Assembly: GCA_050053595.1 (NCBI GenBank)
Contig: JASFTK010000001.1
Span: forward strand, 25,842-89,841
Reading direction: 5' to 3'
Origin: Candidatus Bathyarchaeota archaeon
Lineage (GTDB): Archaea > Thermoproteota > Bathyarchaeia > TCS64
Length of the DNA stretch: 64,000 nucleotides
In this document: positions 1-9,864 of the stretch, in pieces
Numbering within the stretch: the stretch's first letter is position 1
Layout: every line of letters begins with the position of its first letter
Notes under the pieces: generated by a model
What the model was told of the DNA's origin: nothing
Database searches by the model: none
The model's input: only the letters and a program-made list of their open reading frames with translations
Translations under genes and position numbers: made by a program

Positions 1-120
1 AATTCAGTGTAAGGGTTTACCAATATCAATCACGGTTTAATATTCGTTCAAAGCGATATTTATTTTCCGTTGAGGGCTAACCCTATAAGGGGATGGTTGT
101 AGTGGGGGGTTGGGGATATT

Positions 121-988
121 TTGTCGGTCCTGATATTCACGGATAATCCCACGGTGGAGGAGACCCAGTTGGTCCGCGAGGAGCTGCGAGAGAGGGGTAT
201 CGAACACACGTTCATAGCTCCCTGGGACATCATCCTGCCCGAGATCCCTGAATTTGATGTCGGGATGGTCTACGTCCCCAGCAACATGCTCAACCGGGGC
301 TCCACCTTCGAGCTCATCCACAGGCTGTTACTCCTCAGGGAGCTCGACCGCCAGATAGGGATCGTCGTTAACCCCGTGGACAGCATGCTCCTATACTCCA
401 AGGGGCACCTCACCGTCCAGCTGAACGGCTTAGACATCCCCCATCCTAACACCATAGTCACCGAGAACATCGAGGTCGCTCATGATTTCGCCACTGAACT
501 CATCGACTCAGGGAAGACTGTGGTCCTCAAACCCCTCTGCCGGGGCCGAGGGATCGGGGTTGTCAGGCTCGACAGGATCCGCAGCCGTAGTGACCTACTA
601 CAGTACCTGATGTGGTACAACAGGTCCCACAGCCACGGGGTCTTCTATCTCCAAGAGTACATCCCGAACCTGGGCTACGACATACGGTGCATGGTAGTAG
701 ACGGAGAAGTGGTGGGCCGTGAGAAGAGATCGAACCCCGAAGATTTCAGGTACAATGTGGCAGCCGGGGGTCTGGCCGAGCCTTTTGACGATCCCATCTA
801 CGACGAGCTGGCGGTTGAGGTAACGGAGGCTCAAGATCTGCGGCATCGACGTTCTACCAACCCGTGAGAGAGGGCCTTACATCCTTGAAGCCAACTGCTT
901 CCCGGGTTACACCGCCCTCATTGAGGCGACAGGTATACCGATCCATGCGAGGATTGTGGACTACTTCCAGCACTTACTGAAGGGGTAG
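121..988 (+). pseudogene. RimK/MptN/CofF-like ATP-grasp glutamate ligase, reading frame interrupted near nt 832
   Basis: The 248-aa ORF has an ATP-grasp fold signature (CRGRGIGV) and the ORF frame stops at 867. The other forward frame, open from 824 to the stop at 988, encodes the expected family C-terminus (KICGIDVLPTRERGPYILEANCFPGYTALIEATGIPIHARIVDYFQHLLKG). A single-nt shift joins the two. Confidence 0.6.
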
Positions 989-1166
989 AGAGCGCTCAAT
1001 CTGTTCCTGAACCATAAAAATTTAGTATTGAGCCCCCAAAGTCTTCAAGATGGGCGTATACACAGCACCCCAAGGGGAGAGCCCCCTATATGGGACCACT
1101 GAGGCTCCTGTGGACGCTCATAGAATAGTAAAGTATTGGTGAAACACGTTGGAGCGGGAGTTTATC

Positions 1167-1598
1167 ATGATTAAACCCGACGGCGTCCAGAGAGGACTCA
1201 TCGGGGAGATCATCTCAAGATTCGAGAGGCTGGGGTTGAAGGTCGTCGCGATGAAGATCCTCGAGGTTTCACGAGATCAGGCTGAGAGGCATTATGCCGT
1301 CCACAAGGGCAAACCCTTCTACGATGGTCTCATCAGGTACATCACGAGCGGCCCCGTAGTCGCGATAGTTGTGGAGGGGTGGGACGCAGTTAAGCATGCA
1401 AGGAAGATCATCGGGGCCACCGACCCGAAGGAAGCCACACCAGGCTCTATCAGGGGGGATCTGGGGCTAGACATCCAGAGAAACATCGTCCACGCCGGGG
1501 ACTCCCCTCAGAACGCCAAGGAAGAGTACTCGATCTACTTCAATGAGGACGAGATATTGGTCTACACCCGCATCGACGAAGCCCTCCTCTACGCCTGA
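1167..1598 (+). CDS. ndk: nucleoside diphosphate kinase
   Basis: The [16 protein letters not shown]...NIVHAGDS motifs are characteristic of NDK. ATG at 1167 is preferred over the TTG at 1149 used by the track. Confidence 0.9.
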   Translation: MIKPDGVQRGLIGEIISRFERLGLKVVAMKILEVSRDQAERHYAVHKGKPFYDGLIRYITSGPVVAIVVEGWDAVKHARKIIGATDPKEATPGSIRGDLGLDIQRNIVHAGDSPQNAKEEYSIYFNEDEILVYTRIDEALLYA

Positions 1599-1652
1599 CC
1601 TCCTAGCCAGCCCCTTGTACGAGTGCAGAGCCTAGATGGGGGTTGCAGTCCC

Positions 1653-2480
1653 TCATTTAGGTTTGCTCAGCTTATCCCGGGCTAGGAAACCGTAGTAGGC
1701 CTCCTTGGCGTCGGACGCCATGAATCTAACCTTGTCCCCTGCGATCCTCTCGTCCCCCGGCATGAAGAAGATGTTATTGAAGGCTCCCCCTTGGTCCTTG
1801 TAGGTTATGTCCACGGTGATGGGGGTCTCAAATCTGAGGGGCGGGATCTCGTGGCGCCGTTTGAGACCTTCGATGACGGTCTCCTTGATAAGCCTCTGAG
1901 CCTTCTTGGGGTGGAGGGAGACCGCACTGTACCTCCCTATACCCTTCTTCACCGGGGCAACAGCGATCTCGTAGGAGATGTTGTCCCTTATGTACTCCAG
2001 ACTGTCATCGTCCCCAGAGATCATCACCAAGGGGACCCCATAGTGACCAGCTAACGCGGCGTTGAGGCAGGTCTCAGTGAGGCTCTTCCCATTAAATTCC
2101 ACGGATCTCACATCCCAGATGTGACCTAACACAGCATCCTCTTGGATGAGATGGCCGTGAGCGCCGATACAGATCAGAGCGTCAAAACTCCCATCCAAGC
2201 CGAGGACCTCGTCAAAGAGCTCAGCGGAGTTGACGACTATATTGACATTCTCCGGGAACTCCTCGGAATAGACGTTCATCGACTTCCCGTGAGCGTCATT
2301 GAACCAGATCTCCGCCTCGGGATCCACCTCCAAGACCCCCTCTATCGACGCTTTGACGTCCTCGGTGGCGAAACGCTGACCCCGAGGGTAGGCCGAGGGG
2401 GTTTTGGTGGTCGGCCCCGTCATGCCTCCCCCCGCTATTCCTGAGACCCCTTCCATGTCAAAGGAGATGTATACCTTCAA
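1653..2480 (-). CDS. DppA-like D-aminopeptidase (peptidase family M55)
   Basis: The N-terminus MKVYISFDMEGVSGI and a length of about 275 aa are typical of DppA/M55. Confidence 0.75.
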   Translation of the reverse strand: MKVYISFDMEGVSGIAGGGMTGPTTKTPSAYPRGQRFATEDVKASIEGVLEVDPEAEIWFNDAHGKSMNVYSEEFPENVNIVVNSAELFDEVLGLDGSFDALICIGAHGHLIQEDAVLGHIWDVRSVEFNGKSLTETCLNAALAGHYGVPLVMISGDDDSLEYIRDNISYEIAVAPVKKGIGRYSAVSLHPKKAQRLIKETVIEGLKRRHEIPPLRFETPITVDITYKDQGGAFNNIFFMPGDERIAGDKVRFMASDAKEAYYGFLARDKLSKPK

Positions 2481-2601
2481 CCCTACCCACCTTCAGAGAT
2501 ATCCGTGTCTAATACTCCCTATTTGTATTTACCGGGATCACCCTCGGATCGATGGGACAACGAACCTCTGGACCAATTGATGGCGGTTGTGCCTCAATGG
2601 G

Positions 2602-2991
2602 TCATGGCCTTTTGAGCATATCAACGTCAACTAAGACCACAATCACTGCGTTGACCATAATTATGCCGTGGGTCCTAGCCTCATCAGTTGTGGAGGAAAC
2701 GGGGAATCTGATCCCGCCTCGGATAACGTCTATCCTCCTCTCCCCTTCAGGGAGGATATTCAAAACGGCTTCCGCGTCCACACTCTCAGGGTTTGGGGTG
2801 GCCACCGTGACATCCACCATAAGGGCCTCCTCCACCTCCTCGAAGCTGTCGGCCTCGAAAAGCTGCATCAGACCCACCATGCTGGAATGGCTGATGGCGT
2901 CTTTGACAGCCCTCTGGGCTGCCTTAGTCTCGTCCTCGCCGTGGAGATCTATGCCGGTCCCGACCTCCACCAGATAACGTCTATAAACCAT
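2602..2991 (-). CDS. Lin0512-family (TIGR02058-like) uncharacterised protein
   Basis: A 129-aa ORF starting MVYRRYLVEVGTGIDLHGED resembles the conserved hypothetical Lin0512 family. Confidence 0.5.
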   Translation of the reverse strand: MVYRRYLVEVGTGIDLHGEDETKAAQRAVKDAISHSSMVGLMQLFEADSFEEVEEALMVDVTVATPNPESVDAEAVLNILPEGERRIDVIRGGIRFPVSSTTDEARTHGIIMVNAVIVVLVDVDMLKRP

Positions 2992-3098
2992 CTCAGATCC
3001 ATCGAAGACTTCTATTTCTAAGGGGATAAAAAGGGTTCTTGACCCCTTAAAATATAAGATCGGATCAGGGAGTTGAACAAGAATATACGGTTAAGGCG

Positions 3099-3962
3099 GT
3101 GAGGATGACGGGTAGGCGCCAACTGGTGGAAGAGAAGCTGAAGGATTTCCTCGAGGAAGACATTGGGATGGGTGACATCACCTCCATCGCTCTCGTGGAC
3201 GAAGACCAACAGGGGAGAGCACGCCTTTATTTCAGGGAGGATGGTGTCGCCGCTGGGCTCCGGGAGGCTGGGATGGTCTTCAATCTTCTCGGATGCGATG
3301 TCAAGCCCCACAGGAAAGACGGAGAAATGGTCCAAGAGGGACAGACCCTGATTGAGGTCGAGGGTTCTGTCAGGGCTCTCCTCGCCGGGGAGAGGACTGT
3401 CCTCAACATCGTGGGCAGGATGTCTGGCATCGCCACCCGGGTCGCGGAGGCTCAGAGGGTTGCCTCTGAGGCGAATCCCGGAGTGAGGGTTGCAGCGACC
3501 CGTAAAACAGTGCCAGGCCTCAGGGATCTTGACAAGAGGGCGGTTGAGCTGGGGGGCGGGGATACCCACCGATTCAGGCTGGACGATTGTGTTCTCATCA
3601 AGGACAACCACCTCGCCCTCGTCCCTTCAATCGCCGAGGCGGTCGGGAGAGCACGGGACAGGGTGAGCTTCACCAAGAAGATCGAGGTGGAGGTCCGGAG
3701 CCTTGAGGGGGCTCTGGAGGCCGCAGAGGCCGGTGCTGATATTGTGATGTTTGACAACATGCCCCCGGGGGAAATCTGTATAAGCTTGGACGGGTTGAAT
3801 GAGAGAGGTCTCAGAGAGGGAAGGCTGTTCGAGGCTTCAGGCGGGATAACCCTCAGTAATCTGGCGGATTACGCCGCCTCTGGTGTAGATGTAGTCTCGA
3901 TGGGCAGCCTCACCCACTCTGTGAGGAGCCTCAACGTCAAGCTTGAGATAGAGATGGTATAG
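3099..3962 (+). CDS. nadC: nicotinate-nucleotide pyrophosphorylase (quinolinate phosphoribosyltransferase)
   Basis: Similarity to the QPRTase family runs across the ORF (GDITS, VAATRKT, LIKDNH, SGGI). The likely start is the ATG at 3105. Confidence 0.85.
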   Translation: MRMTGRRQLVEEKLKDFLEEDIGMGDITSIALVDEDQQGRARLYFREDGVAAGLREAGMVFNLLGCDVKPHRKDGEMVQEGQTLIEVEGSVRALLAGERTVLNIVGRMSGIATRVAEAQRVASEANPGVRVAATRKTVPGLRDLDKRAVELGGGDTHRFRLDDCVLIKDNHLALVPSIAEAVGRARDRVSFTKKIEVEVRSLEGALEAAEAGADIVMFDNMPPGEICISLDGLNERGLREGRLFEASGGITLSNLADYAASGVDVVSMGSLTHSVRSLNVKLEIEMV

Positions 3963-3963
3963 G

Positions 3964-4887
3964 TTGGAACCCTCAGAGCTACAGACGAAGATAATCGAAC
4001 TCAAAGAGGAGAAGGACGCCCTCCTACTAGCCCATAACTACCAGATAGACGAGATCCAGGTGATCGCCGACTACATCGGTGACTCCCTGGGGCTCTGCAG
4101 GAAAGCCCAGGGGGTCGAGGACAAGGATATGATCGTGTTCTGCGGCGTCGACTTCATGGCTGAGACGGCTTCGATCCTCAACCCCCAAAAGAAGGTGGTG
4201 ATCCCCACCACAAGAGCTAGGTGCCCCATGGCAGCGATGCTCCCCCTTAAAGTCCTCAGAGCAATGAAGGAAGCTCACCCCGGAGCCCCTGTCGTTCTCT
4301 ACGTCAATACCCTTGCTGATGTGAAGGCCGAGGCCGATGTAACCTGCACTTCCTCCAACGCAGCTGAGATCGTAGCCCAGATGGAGGGGGATACCGTCCT
4401 TTTAGGACCTGACAGGAATTTAGCCTGGTATGTCTCTCAGAGGGTCCCCCATAAGGAGGTGATCCCGGTACCCGATTATGGCCACTGTAATGTCCATCGA
4501 TTCATGGGGGACGGCTCCGAGGCGATGGAGCTCAAGAAGAGACATCCAGACGCTGAACTCCTGGTCCACCCCGAGTGCGAGCCAGAGTTCCAAGAGAAAG
4601 CAGACTTCATCCTCTCCACCGGGGGCATGTACCGCCGGTGTAAAGAGTCAGACGCTGGGACCTTCATCATCGCCACCGAGATGGGTCTAGTCCACCGGTT
4701 GAGAAGGGAGATCCCAGGGAAGACCTTCCTCCCTGCCAAGGAACGTACAGAGTGCGCCGCGATGAAGCGCATCGACCTGGAGAACACTCTTCAAGCCCTC
4801 AAGGACGAGGGGCCGGTCGTCAAGGTCCCTCAGGATATTGCTGACAGGGCTCGACTACCAATAGAGCGAATGCTCAAGATGTCATAA
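3964..4887 (+). CDS. nadA: quinolinate synthase A
   Basis: LLLAHNYQ, CGVDFMAET and HPEC motifs match NadA. A TTG start at 3964 follows the nadC stop directly. Confidence 0.85.
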   Translation: MEPSELQTKIIELKEEKDALLLAHNYQIDEIQVIADYIGDSLGLCRKAQGVEDKDMIVFCGVDFMAETASILNPQKKVVIPTTRARCPMAAMLPLKVLRAMKEAHPGAPVVLYVNTLADVKAEADVTCTSSNAAEIVAQMEGDTVLLGPDRNLAWYVSQRVPHKEVIPVPDYGHCNVHRFMGDGSEAMELKKRHPDAELLVHPECEPEFQEKADFILSTGGMYRRCKESDAGTFIIATEMGLVHRLRREIPGKTFLPAKERTECAAMKRIDLENTLQALKDEGPVVKVPQDIADRARLPIERMLKMS

Positions 4888-4943
4888 CCGAGTCAGGGTA
4901 CACGTTTAATCTTTGATGCTTCTCTCTATAAAGCGGTTAGAAT

Positions 4944-5462
4944 ATGTCCGTTGTTGAATTTAGGGGTAAGAAGCCGAAAGTTGCAGAGTCGGTGTTCCAA
5001 GCCCCCGGCTCATTTATCATCGGAGAAGTCACCATCGATGAGGGTTCCGGGGTCTGGAACGGGGCTGTGGTCAGGGGCGACGATGACTCCGTCGAGATCG
5101 GCGCCCGTTCCACGGTCTTGGAGAACTGCATAGTCGAGGCCCCTGTCGGGAACCCTGTCAGTATCGGGGACGACGCCACCATCTCCCATGGGGCTATAGT
5201 ACATGGCGCCACAGTCGGTGACAGGGCCCTTGTGGGCATAGGGGCAATCGTCCTCGACGGTGCTGAGGTGGGTGAAGGGGCTGTCATAGGGGCTGGGGCT
5301 GTGGTCCCCCCAAGGTCTGTGATCCCTCCGAACACTCTCGCCTTGGGGGTCCCAGCTAAGCCGGTGCGGGAAGTCAGGGCGGAGGAGAGGAATATGATTA
5401 ACCAGGAGCAGTCGAGGGTGATCTCTAAGGCGGAGGCTTACAAGAAGATCTTCGTCAAGTGA
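4944..5462 (+). CDS. gamma-carbonic anhydrase-like hexapeptide-repeat protein
   Basis: Left-handed beta-helix hexapeptide repeats and PaaY / ferripyochelin-binding-protein-like architecture. Confidence 0.8.
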   Translation: MSVVEFRGKKPKVAESVFQAPGSFIIGEVTIDEGSGVWNGAVVRGDDDSVEIGARSTVLENCIVEAPVGNPVSIGDDATISHGAIVHGATVGDRALVGIGAIVLDGAEVGEGAVIGAGAVVPPRSVIPPNTLALGVPAKPVREVRAEERNMINQEQSRVISKAEAYKKIFVK

Positions 5463-5465
5463 GCC

Positions 5466-6170
5466 CTATTTCTCGTTGTGGGGGAAGGTGAAGGCCGAGG
5501 GGCATAGGTCATTGAGGACACACGCTCCACAGTCCGGCTTCCTGGCGTCGCAGATAATCCGACCATGCTCTATGAGCAGGTAGTTCACTGAGAGCCATTT
5601 CTCCATGGGTAAGACCTCCATCAGGTCTCTCTCGATCTTGTCTCTGTACTCCTCCTCACTCAACCCCAACCGGTGTGATAGCCTCCAGACGTGGGTGTCT
5701 ACGGCGATCCCTTCGACGACGCCGAAGGCGTTCCCGAGGACAATGTTGGCGGTCTTCCTCGCTACGCCTTTGAGTTTGGTGAGTTCTTCCATCGTGGAAG
5801 GGACTTCTCCATCATGTTCTTCCACGATGACCTTGCAGGCCTCCTGGATCGCCTCAGCCTTCCTTCTGTAGAACCCCGAGGACCTAACAGCCTGCTCCAG
5901 CTCCTCCCTGGGAGCTTCGGCGTAGCTCTCCGCCGTCCGGTACTTCTTAAAAAGGGTCGCGGTGACCTTGTTGATCTGTTCATCTGTGCTCTGGGCTGAG
6001 AGGATGGTTGCCACTAGGAGGTCCAGGGGGGTCCTCCAGTTCAGGGACGTACCCTCCGCTTCAGGGTATTCCTTCTCCAATCGGGTTATGATCGTCTTCC
6101 CTTTGGCGCTCATATCTGCCATGGCAGAGTCAGGGGGAATATATGCATCTTTCTGGGTGTTTCTATTCAC
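5466..6170 (-). CDS. nth: endonuclease III (DNA glycosylase/AP lyase)
   Basis: An HhH-GPD domain (LKGVARKTANIVL) is followed by the C-terminal 4Fe-4S motif CDARKPDCGACVLNDLC. The true start may be the internal M (MSAKGKT). Confidence 0.85.
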   Translation of the reverse strand: MNRNTQKDAYIPPDSAMADMSAKGKTIITRLEKEYPEAEGTSLNWRTPLDLLVATILSAQSTDEQINKVTATLFKKYRTAESYAEAPREELEQAVRSSGFYRRKAEAIQEACKVIVEEHDGEVPSTMEELTKLKGVARKTANIVLGNAFGVVEGIAVDTHVWRLSHRLGLSEEEYRDKIERDLMEVLPMEKWLSVNYLLIEHGRIICDARKPDCGACVLNDLCPSAFTFPHNEK

Positions 6171-6325
6171 CGTTTTGGGTGAAAACTAGATCTTTAGGCA
6201 AATTATGTTAGATATAAGCAAACATATATAAAGTGGAAGGGAAAGCCTCAAAAAATCTATTTACTATCAAAAATAATGTTGGAAAACGCTTAAATCAGAG
6301 TCTTCAAAGACGGGGATGGTGAGAA

Positions 6326-6598
6326 ATGGACACGACCGAACCTATAGACGCTCTCAAGGTAGCGATCCGAGAGGTGATCTCCAAGGTCATGCCTGATGAA
6401 GAGGTCGATATCGACGAGATCAAGGACGAGGTTTGGGCCGATCTCTCACGAATCTACTATAAATATGAGGACGAGGCCCAAAAACGGGCGTTCAGGTCCG
6501 TCATGAAGGAGATAGCAGAGAAGATCCAGGACGATAAATGGGAGACAGTCTATAAGAAGATATACCGCGAGGAGCTCAAGGAAAGAACCCCAGTCTAA
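6326..6598 (+). CDS. hypothetical acidic protein
   Basis: A 90-aa ORF sits downstream of a 155-bp A/T-rich promoter region. No family was recognised. Confidence 0.5.
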   Translation: MDTTEPIDALKVAIREVISKVMPDEEVDIDEIKDEVWADLSRIYYKYEDEAQKRAFRSVMKEIAEKIQDDKWETVYKKIYREELKERTPV

Positions 6599-6808
6599 AG
6601 ATAAAAACAGTCTCTCCCAGAAGCTCCGTATACCCCGTTTCAAACTCACTTGTAATGACTCGAAGTAAATACGCCTAGACCACTCACTCCCCTAATTCAC
6701 GCATATACGGTTTTCGACTCAGAGCACTGAACTACCCCCACAGTTTCCCTCTGAGTGCGAGTTAAAATTGTTAAATTGTGAGAGGGATATTGTTTAGCGG
6801 AGATTCAA

Positions 6809-8584
6809 ATGACTGAGTATGATGTATTGATTAAAGACGCTGAGATCGTTGAAGGGACGGGAAAGAAGGTATACAGGGGCTCCATCGGGGTCAAGGGGGA
6901 CAAGATCGAAGACCTCGGTGAGATCAAGGGGGATGCTGAGAAGGTCGTCGAGGCGAAAGGTCTCACTGCCCTCCCAGGCTTCGTCGACGCTCACAGCCAC
7001 GCCGACTGGAGCCTCCTCTGGTTCCCCAAAGTCGAGAGCTACATCATGCAGGGGGTGACAACCTTCGTAGGAGGACAGTGCGGTGGATCGCCCGCACCCC
7101 TCGGTGAGCACATCAGGGTGCCCTGGCTGCTGATGGACCATCTGCCCGACCTGGATCCTTTCAAGTTCTACCCCAAGCAACCCTACTATCCTCTGGAGCA
7201 GGTCAACGAGTGGATGGAGGAGATCTATGGATGGACCTTGGACTGGGAGACAATGGAAGGCTACTTCAAGAAGGTCGAGGAGGTCGGCATCTCCATGAAC
7301 TATGCACCTCTCGTCGGCCACGGTTCCATCAGGACTAAGGTGATGGGTCTCGATTACAAGCGGGAGTCAACCGAGGAGGAGCAAGCCAAGATGCGGGAGT
7401 TGATCCACGAGGCGATGAAGCAGGGCTGCATCGGCATGAGTACAGGTCTCGACTATGACCCTGATGTCTTCGCCGCCCAAGAAGAGATCATCGACGGTGT
7501 TGGCGTCTTAAAGGAGTATGGTGGAGTCTACTGCCCCCACTGGAGGCGGACAGGTCGTAGGAGGGGGATAGCCGCCGGGCATGTCCCCAATGAGAAGATC
7601 ACCGCCCTTATGGAGTGTGTCGACGTCCAAAAGAAGACCGGGGTCCGCTTACACTATGCCCACATGTCCACCGGCTGGCAGATCTACCCTCAACCATCTG
7701 AAGAGCTGGAGGCGGCGAACATCAAGGCCACCCTCGACATGATCACCCATGACTCCAAGGAGGAGCTGGATATAACATGGGACGCCATCCCCCGGATGAC
7801 CCGGAGCGGATTCGCCGTGATGCCCTACCTATGCAGCCTGTACTCTCCATGGCTCAGGGAGCTGGGTGGTAGGGAGCAGTTTTCAAAATGGCTCAAAGTC
7901 AAGGATTTCAGGGAGGAGGTCAAGGAGGCTATTAAGCAGGGAAAATGGTTCATCAGGGTCGCCTACAACCCCAACACCAATCCCCAATGGGCTGAGAACA
8001 TCTACGTCCTCAACAGTAAGATCCCAGACGTCGACGGCAAATCCATCGCCGAGATAGCCAAGGAACGGGAAACTGACGAGTGGGACACTTGGCTCGACCT
8101 GATAGCGGAGGACCCTGACGCCAGAGGCGCCACAGGGCAGCTCCAGCCCATGGATTGCTATCTCCAGTACTACACAGACCCCAAGGGGATGGTGGGCCTC
8201 GACACAGGTGTCTTCGACACCAAATTCCAAGCCAAGAATCCACCCTACAGCTTCCCTGGTATAAATACCTTCAGCGCTTACCCGATGTTCTACATCAAAT
8301 ACGTCAGGGATGGAGGCCTATTCACCCTTGAGGAGGCTGTGCAGAAGACCGCCACGATGCCGGCACGGGTCCATAAATTAGAAGGTCGGGGAGTCCTCAG
8401 TGAAGGGGCTTACGCAGACATCGTCCTCATGGACATCCCGAAACTTAAGGTGTTGAGCGACGAGATCGAGTCCCGGAGGCACCCTGAAGGCATCGAGTAT
8501 GTCTTCGTCAACGGCGAGACTGTGGTCGAAAAGGGTAAGCACACAGACGCCACCCCAGGTCGGGTCCTAAAGAGAACCTCCTGA
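6809..8584 (+). CDS. N-acyl-D-amino-acid deacylase (D-aminoacylase) family amidohydrolase
   Basis: Amidohydrolase_3-type N-terminus (VLIKDAEIVEG...PGFVDAHSH), 591 aa. Paralogous to the gene at 16722-18503. Confidence 0.8.
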   Translation: MTEYDVLIKDAEIVEGTGKKVYRGSIGVKGDKIEDLGEIKGDAEKVVEAKGLTALPGFVDAHSHADWSLLWFPKVESYIMQGVTTFVGGQCGGSPAPLGEHIRVPWLLMDHLPDLDPFKFYPKQPYYPLEQVNEWMEEIYGWTLDWETMEGYFKKVEEVGISMNYAPLVGHGSIRTKVMGLDYKRESTEEEQAKMRELIHEAMKQGCIGMSTGLDYDPDVFAAQEEIIDGVGVLKEYGGVYCPHWRRTGRRRGIAAGHVPNEKITALMECVDVQKKTGVRLHYAHMSTGWQIYPQPSEELEAANIKATLDMITHDSKEELDITWDAIPRMTRSGFAVMPYLCSLYSPWLRELGGREQFSKWLKVKDFREEVKEAIKQGKWFIRVAYNPNTNPQWAENIYVLNSKIPDVDGKSIAEIAKERETDEWDTWLDLIAEDPDARGATGQLQPMDCYLQYYTDPKGMVGLDTGVFDTKFQAKNPPYSFPGINTFSAYPMFYIKYVRDGGLFTLEEAVQKTATMPARVHKLEGRGVLSEGAYADIVLMDIPKLKVLSDEIESRRHPEGIEYVFVNGETVVEKGKHTDATPGRVLKRTS

Positions 8585-8705
8585 ATACCGGATACCCCTT
8601 TTCTCTCCTTTTTCTAGGTTAAAGCCTAAGCCTTCAGAGTCATTGAAGAACGGGGAATTCTTAATATAATCCGTCTTCTCATCGTACCAGTCTGAAGGTG
8701 TAAAG

Positions 8706-8888
8706 ATGAGTGAGCACGCGGAAGCTGTCCTCAAGGCCATGAAAGAAGCTGGGAAGCCAGTCAGGCCCGGGGAGGTCGCCAAGGTTCTCGGCGTCGAGAG
8801 CAAACAGGTCTCCAAAGCCATCAAGGCACTGAGGAAAGAGGGGAAAGTCCACTCCCCCAAGAGATGCTACTATGCCCCCACGGAATGA
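8706..8888 (+). CDS. small putative winged-helix DNA-binding protein
   Basis: A 60-aa ORF with HTH-like segment GEVAKVLGVESKQVSKAIKAL. A GGTG RBS-like motif lies upstream. Confidence 0.5.
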   Translation: MSEHAEAVLKAMKEAGKPVRPGEVAKVLGVESKQVSKAIKALRKEGKVHSPKRCYYAPTE

Positions 8889-8952
8889 CGTCGACCCCTC
8901 AGCCCTTTTTTCTGTTTTCCCTGAACCCATTCGGTCGAAGGGATGAGACTGT

Positions 8953-9747
8953 TCACTTCTCAGATTTGAGCTGGTTATAGAGGTTGTGGGCTTCTTCAGG
9001 TGTCGCCCCTTCATGTATCACGTTCCTTACCGCCCGTATCATGGGCTCTGCGTGGTCGTTCTGCCAGATGTTCCGGCCCATGATCACCCCGACTGCGCCA
9101 CCCTCCAAGGCGTTGTAGGTGGTCTGGAGGGCGTCAAGCTCGGTGTCCATCTTTGGGCCCCCTGCAATGAGGATGGGGACAGGGCAGCCCTCCACAACCC
9201 TCTCAAAGTCTTCACAGTAATAGGTCTTCACAAACCTAGCCCCCAACTCTGCCGCTATGCGGCAGCAGAGGGAGAGGTATCGGGCGTCTCTCTTCTCCAG
9301 TTCCTTACCAACGGCGGTGACCGCGAGGACGGGTATCCCATACCCCTCAGCCTCGTCCACCAACTTCGATAGGTTCTTGAGGGACTGGTGCTCATGGGGG
9401 GCACCGACGAAGATGGAGAGCGAGAGGGCGGAGGCATTGAGCCTTATGGCTTCTTGGATGGAGGTGATTATGGTCTCGTTGGAGAGGTCTTCCTTCAGGA
9501 TGCTGGAACCACCGGAGACCCTGAGTACTATCGGGATATCTGCCCCTGGGTCGATGCAGTTTCTCAGGATCCCCCTGGTGAGCATCAACCCGTCGCAGTA
9601 AGGCAGCAAGGGCGCAACGGTCTCTCCAGGGTCCTCAAGTTTCCGGGTAGGCCCCATGAAATAGCCGTGGTCGATGGGGAGGATGAGGGCCCGCCCCGTT
9701 TCGGGCTTGATGATCTTAGACAACCGGTTCTTTATACCCCAATCCAT
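8953..9747 (-). CDS. DhnA-type class I aldolase (fructose-bisphosphate aldolase / ADH-synthase family)
   Basis: Similarity to archaeal class I aldolase / AroA-prime runs across the ORF, with the Schiff-base lysine region FVKTYY. Confidence 0.75.
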   Translation of the reverse strand: MDWGIKNRLSKIIKPETGRALILPIDHGYFMGPTRKLEDPGETVAPLLPYCDGLMLTRGILRNCIDPGADIPIVLRVSGGSSILKEDLSNETIITSIQEAIRLNASALSLSIFVGAPHEHQSLKNLSKLVDEAEGYGIPVLAVTAVGKELEKRDARYLSLCCRIAAELGARFVKTYYCEDFERVVEGCPVPILIAGGPKMDTELDALQTTYNALEGGAVGVIMGRNIWQNDHAEPMIRAVRNVIHEGATPEEAHNLYNQLKSEK

Positions 9748-9864
9748 AAGTCTTCACAGTTAATTCAGGGAAGTCATAGGTCTATTAACCCTTCCATCAA
9801 GGGGGATACCATCGGAGGTATTACTTTAAACCCGTTCCACGGGAGTATTGCATCAGGGATCCAG

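Noticed and set aside
9388-9864. The track ORF's 5' extension of the alcohol-dehydrogenase gene overlaps the divergent aldolase gene
   Set aside because: The extension has no similarity to MDR dehydrogenases and runs antisense to a well-supported gene. The conserved N-terminus (VYY...VEEMPVPE) begins at TTG 9865.
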